From NCBI GenBank assembly GCA_045631345.1, contig JAZQUP010000004.1, positions 15,727 through 79,726 of the forward strand: 64,000 bases of DNA, in the 5' to 3' direction. The notes below the pieces were generated by a model. It did not search any database, was not told the origin of the DNA, and saw only the letters and a program-made list of their open reading frames with translations. The position numbers and the translations under genes were made by a program. Shown in pieces: positions 60,087 to 64,000 of the stretch. The stretch's first letter is position 1. The number at the start of each line of letters is the position of its first letter. Source of the stretch: Candidatus Avispirillum sp. (GTDB lineage: Bacteria > Bacillota > Clostridia > Oscillospirales > CAG-272).

Positions 60087-60863
60087 TCAGTTCATTATCT
60101 GTCTGAGATAATCAATGCTCATTTTTGCGCATTCAAGATTAGTTTTCCCAAATGCTGCAGTATCCTGCTCAACAACAATCCATTCAACTCCTGCAGCTTC
60201 TGCTGCGTCAAGGATGTGAGGAATTCTCTGTATGCCGTATCCAACAGGGCGCAGCTCGCCTCTGCCCTCGGTAATTTCTTTTTTACGGTAGTAATCTTTT
60301 AAGTGAATAAGAGCGCATCTGTCTGCATTTGCATTGATATATTCAACAGGGTCAATATTCATAACAGCTATCCACGCTGTGTCATATTCTGCTTTTAGAG
60401 ACGGAACACCATCCATAATGTGTTCCATAATATATTTGTCTTCAAACATATGGAATTCTGTTTCGTGATTGTGGAAGCAGATCTGAATTCCATATTCCTT
60501 AGCTTTTTCGCAAACCATCTGTATGTCTTCGTAAACGCCCTCGTGCTTTTCTCCACCGGGAAGCTTTTCAGGAAGCATATAGGGCATTGCAAGATATTTA
60601 CAGCCCAGGGCTTTATGGAATGCCAAAGTTCCGTCAGTGTCTTCAAGGAGAGTTTCGAGGCTGATGTGAGCGGAAGGAACCTTGAGGTCAATTTCATTCA
60701 TAAATTCAATGAACTCTTCAGGAGTAAATCCGTAAAGATCCTTGCCGCCGTAGGGCTCAACTCCGTCATAGCCCATATCCTTCAGTGCTGTAAGTGTAGC
60801 GCGTGCATCCTTTTCAAGATCATCACGCAGTGAAAATAGTTGGATAGAAACAGGGAATGCCAT
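60087..60863 (-). CDS. sugar phosphate isomerase/epimerase (xylose isomerase-like TIM barrel)
   Basis: QLFSLR, GYDGVE, FHNH..EF, D..W, H.KD, VEQD. Confidence 0.88.
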   Translation of the reverse strand: MAFPVSIQLFSLRDDLEKDARATLTALKDMGYDGVEPYGGKDLYGFTPEEFIEFMNEIDLKVPSAHISLETLLEDTDGTLAFHKALGCKYLAMPYMLPEKLPGGEKHEGVYEDIQMVCEKAKEYGIQICFHNHETEFHMFEDKYIMEHIMDGVPSLKAEYDTAWIAVMNIDPVEYINANADRCALIHLKDYYRKKEITEGRGELRPVGYGIQRIPHILDAAEAAGVEWIVVEQDTAAFGKTNLECAKMSIDYLRQIMN

Positions 60864-61003
60864 AAAATTTTCTCCGAATAATAAAAAAATATATAAACAT
60901 TTTAATATAAATCTGCAGGTTTTTCAAGGCTATTTTAATTTTCTTAACACTTTGTACTAAAAATATGATATACTGTTGTAAAAAATAGAAAGGAGATGAG
61001 CCT

Positions 61004-63691
61004 ATGAAAAAAATGATATGTTTTGTAATGGTTGTTATATTTTTGATTTCATTGGTAACAACAGCTTTTGCAGGATATGTGGTTTCAGGAAATCAAACGC
61101 TGTACGAAGATTCAGTAAAGCTAGAATGGTTTAATGAAGACAATTGGGAGACTGTTTCAGGAATAAGAGATATAACCATAAGAAATATGGGCTCATCCAA
61201 TGTAATATACGTCACTTCAAACAGAGAGAGTGAATCAATGACCATTGCATATTCTGATAAGGATGGCATTGACCTTAGCGCTTATAATGAGCTTGTTGTT
61301 GAAATGATAGTAAATAATGGTAAAAATTGTACTTATTCAATTACTTATTATTACGAGGATGGAAGCTTTACAGATAAGGTAAATGGTACAACAGGATCGA
61401 AAAATTTTGTTTACTTTATGTTGCCAATAGAGAACAAAAGTAATATTACTAAAATAGAGTTTTCTGTAAAAAGCATAGAAGACGATATAGATAACTTCGC
61501 AATTGCCAGTTTTCATGCTGACAGTAATTGGACTTATAGCTATTCGGAGATTTTTCAGAGCCGTAGATTGTCAGCCGTAAAAGGTAGTGCTCAGTTTTTT
61601 GAAAGCTATGTGGAGATGATTCCTGAAGAGAATGAAGCGGGTATAGAATGCGAGTTGACAGAAAACTATAAAGAATCATCAGTCCTTGTAGTAGTTGAAG
61701 TAAATAGCTTGAATGCAGGTATGATTTCGGCTGAAAATTCGTCTACAGGAGAAATAAACACATCAGCGCTTTATAGTGGGGTAGCAAAATATAGCTTCTA
61801 TCTGTCTGATGTTAAGAATAAGATCAGAATTGGTTTTTCCGGAGGCGATAATTCGGCAGGTAATATTCTGCAGTTATTATCGGTTAATATTATTCCTGTA
61901 ACAGAAGATGAATCCGTAAAGTATGGAACCGTGGAAAATTGTTATTATGATGATGGAAAGATAGTAGTAAAGGGAACAGTTGATCCTGATGCAACTATTA
62001 AATATATCAATTCTTCTTTGGCACTGTATAAAGTTCCTTATGACTATAATGGCGAGCTTACTGACGAGCCTGAGGTTGAAATGAGCATATCAACCGTTTA
62101 TACATTGGAGGCACCGGTTGATTATGATTATACACAATATAAATATGTTGTGGCATTAAAATCAAAATATAATATTGTTTCTTTAACCAGCCCTGTTTTT
62201 GCAATAGCAAAAACGTCGGAACCAACAATAACGCAGGATTGTTATATAGGTATTCATAATGCTGAAAGCGCTTCTGTATTTGAAAGCGAAGTAGATAACG
62301 TTATTGTTGATATGCACGCCGATCGTTTGTTTGCGTCATCTGATACGGTGGCAGCAGTCCGTTATGCTTATAGAGATAATGTGTATTATCTTAATAGTGA
62401 CTATATTAATGAAATATCATCAAATATCAGCTTTAATGTGTCCATCGGCTGCAAGGTTTATATACGATTGTTTTCTGATGAAGATGGCTCTTTCGGATAT
62501 GATGTAAAGCAGAAAAGCTCTGTGGATCTGATGTGCGCAGCCGCTTCCTATATAGGAAGTCATTTTGATAAAGTATCAGGTGTTATTGTTTTGAGTGGCT
62601 TTAATTATCATAGTAATCCTGATAATAAAGCTAAAGAGGCATCGTCTTTGCTGGGATTATTCTCGTCAGCGTTCAGAAGTGTAAATAGTAATGCTGAGAT
62701 TTTTGTTTCAATATCCGATGATGTCGGATATGCGGCGGCAATAATGGCCACATACAATAAGGCCAACGGAATAAATAATATGGGCCTTTTATATGAATGT
62801 GATGCGCCGGAAAACAGCATAGTTTCTTTGCAGTCAGTTTGCGATTCGGCTAATACTTATGGTAGTTCTTTTGGTAATCAGATGATTTTATGCAAGATCA
62901 AAAAAGATGAGCTGGGAACAGATGATATCAAAACACTATATGTAAAAGCAGTACAAAGCGCAGTTTCGGGAATTGTCTTTTCTGTTAGCGGTAATATGAC
63001 AACTGATGAAATCTGTGCATTGGTTGACAGTGTACAAGGCAATGAAAATTCAAAAAAGGAATTTGTTGCGTTTAAAAACTCTGTGGATTATCGTGGCGAA
63101 TATGCTCTGTGGGATTTCACTCAAGCATATAATACGTTTGGATGGTTAGCCGGAGGAAGCTGTTTAGCTCCCGAAACACAAAAATCTGTGTTTGGTGAAA
63201 AGAGAGTGCTTAGAAGTAAAATAGTTGCATCCTATGGCGAGGAAGGTATCCTTGTAGGATGGCTTGAGGGTGGCGCAGACCTTTCTGTTGCTGATGCCAT
63301 GAAAATAGAGCTTGCCCTTGAAACTGAGCTTCATAGCGAGATGCCTGTTCGTATAGTTCTAGGCGGAGACGGCGCTAAAGCGGAGTATAGCGCTTCTGCA
63401 AAAAAAGGAGAGCAAAATATCTATCTTGACATAAGTAATTATAAAAATTCTGACAGGGTAGAGTATGTGGCTGTTATAATTGATAGCAAAGCAGATATAA
63501 ATCTGGAAATATCCAAGGTGAGTATGCTCAGCCATAGCTTAGCAGAAAATGAACTTAAGGATGTATTAGGGCAATCAAATAGTAGCGTGGAGCAGAATTC
63601 TGTGCTTTACATATTTATTGGAGCAATAGTATCATCAACAATTATAGTGTTTGTCGCTTTAAGCAAAAAGAAAGCTATAAAGTATAGATAA
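61004..63691 (+). CDS. large secreted, C-terminally membrane-anchored protein (possible DUF5722/GH-like barrel with flanking beta domains)
   Basis: Signal peptide (AFA), C-terminal TM + KKK; central segment resembles DUF5722 by recall only. Confidence 0.55.
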   Translation: MKKMICFVMVVIFLISLVTTAFAGYVVSGNQTLYEDSVKLEWFNEDNWETVSGIRDITIRNMGSSNVIYVTSNRESESMTIAYSDKDGIDLSAYNELVVEMIVNNGKNCTYSITYYYEDGSFTDKVNGTTGSKNFVYFMLPIENKSNITKIEFSVKSIEDDIDNFAIASFHADSNWTYSYSEIFQSRRLSAVKGSAQFFESYVEMIPEENEAGIECELTENYKESSVLVVVEVNSLNAGMISAENSSTGEINTSALYSGVAKYSFYLSDVKNKIRIGFSGGDNSAGNILQLLSVNIIPVTEDESVKYGTVENCYYDDGKIVVKGTVDPDATIKYINSSLALYKVPYDYNGELTDEPEVEMSISTVYTLEAPVDYDYTQYKYVVALKSKYNIVSLTSPVFAIAKTSEPTITQDCYIGIHNAESASVFESEVDNVIVDMHADRLFASSDTVAAVRYAYRDNVYYLNSDYINEISSNISFNVSIGCKVYIRLFSDEDGSFGYDVKQKSSVDLMCAAASYIGSHFDKVSGVIVLSGFNYHSNPDNKAKEASSLLGLFSSAFRSVNSNAEIFVSISDDVGYAAAIMATYNKANGINNMGLLYECDAPENSIVSLQSVCDSANTYGSSFGNQMILCKIKKDELGTDDIKTLYVKAVQSAVSGIVFSVSGNMTTDEICALVDSVQGNENSKKEFVAFKNSVDYRGEYALWDFTQAYNTFGWLAGGSCLAPETQKSVFGEKRVLRSKIVASYGEEGILVGWLEGGADLSVADAMKIELALETELHSEMPVRIVLGGDGAKAEYSASAKKGEQNIYLDISNYKNSDRVEYVAVIIDSKADINLEISKVSMLSHSLAENELKDVLGQSNSSVEQNSVLYIFIGAIVSSTIIVFVALSKKKAIKYR

Positions 63692-63823
63692 GTTACACTT
63701 GTAGAAAATAATCGTCAAAAAAACTTAAATTTTCTTAAATTTATCAAAATTTCTACTTGATAAATTGTATATTGTTGTTGTATACTATGTTTTGAGCTTT
63801 AGCTTCATTTTAGGAGGATTTAT

Positions 63824-64000
63824 ATGCAGAATAATACAAGACCCGAAGATATGCTTCGTATCACAAATAAGGAACTTGCGGATAAGTTCATTGCAGAGCA
63901 GGTTGAAGAGGTTCGTGCACAGGTGGGCGACAAGAAGGTTCTTCTTGCTCTTTCCGGCGGTGTAGACAGTTCAGTTGTTGCGGCGCTTCTTATCAAGGCT
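63824..64000 (+). CDS. guaA: GMP synthase ATP-pyrophosphatase subunit (5' part, runs off window)
   Basis: SD AGGAGG, ATG 63824; [13 protein letters not shown]...[23 protein letters not shown]. Confidence 0.88.
   Translation, partial: MQNNTRPEDMLRITNKELADKFIAEQVEEVRAQVGDKKVLLALSGGVDSSVVAALLIKA

Noticed and set aside
63765..63965. 66-aa ORF from the track
   Set aside because: Wrong frame; the guaA-like frame starting at 63824 has the SD and the PP-loop motif

Overview
A 64 kb stretch of a low-GC Gram-positive (Bacillota, probably Clostridia/Oscillospirales-like) chromosome. It has no rRNA, tRNA, CRISPR array, transposase or prophage that I can see. Left to right: (1) an 11 kb run of four secreted proteins with SipW/TasA-type signal peptides plus a membrane-anchored BspA-type LRR protein, which I infer is an uncharacterised sortase-independent fibre/adhesin system; (2) an orphan CapD/PglF dehydratase; (3) a complete F1Fo atpIBEFHAGDC operon with a Na+-type c subunit and a short epsilon; (4) a sortase-C pilus operon with a probable ATA-initiated tip pilin (inactive-looking CHAP plus fibro-slime/PA14 domains), its own signal peptidase, a coiled-coil protein and a sortase homologue lacking catalytic residues; (5) GH20, a beta-helix protein, an OFA-type MFS transporter and a rubredoxin-rubrerythrin; (6) two XRE-HTH/TPR-like regulators next to REP/MITE-like palindromes; (7) a DUF5058-like/membrane protein/M20 peptidase operon; (8) xpt and a BMP nucleoside ABC transporter; (9) a P-type Ca2+ ATPase; (10) an acyl ligase-ACP-TagA-PPTase operon divergent from GNAT-SDR-NnrE/D-YbaK; (11) a type IA topoisomerase, type II PanK, a CapA lipoprotein, a TIM-barrel isomerase, a large surface protein and the start of a GMP synthase lacking the glutaminase domain. 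Family calls come from recognising motifs by eye; no database searches were run.
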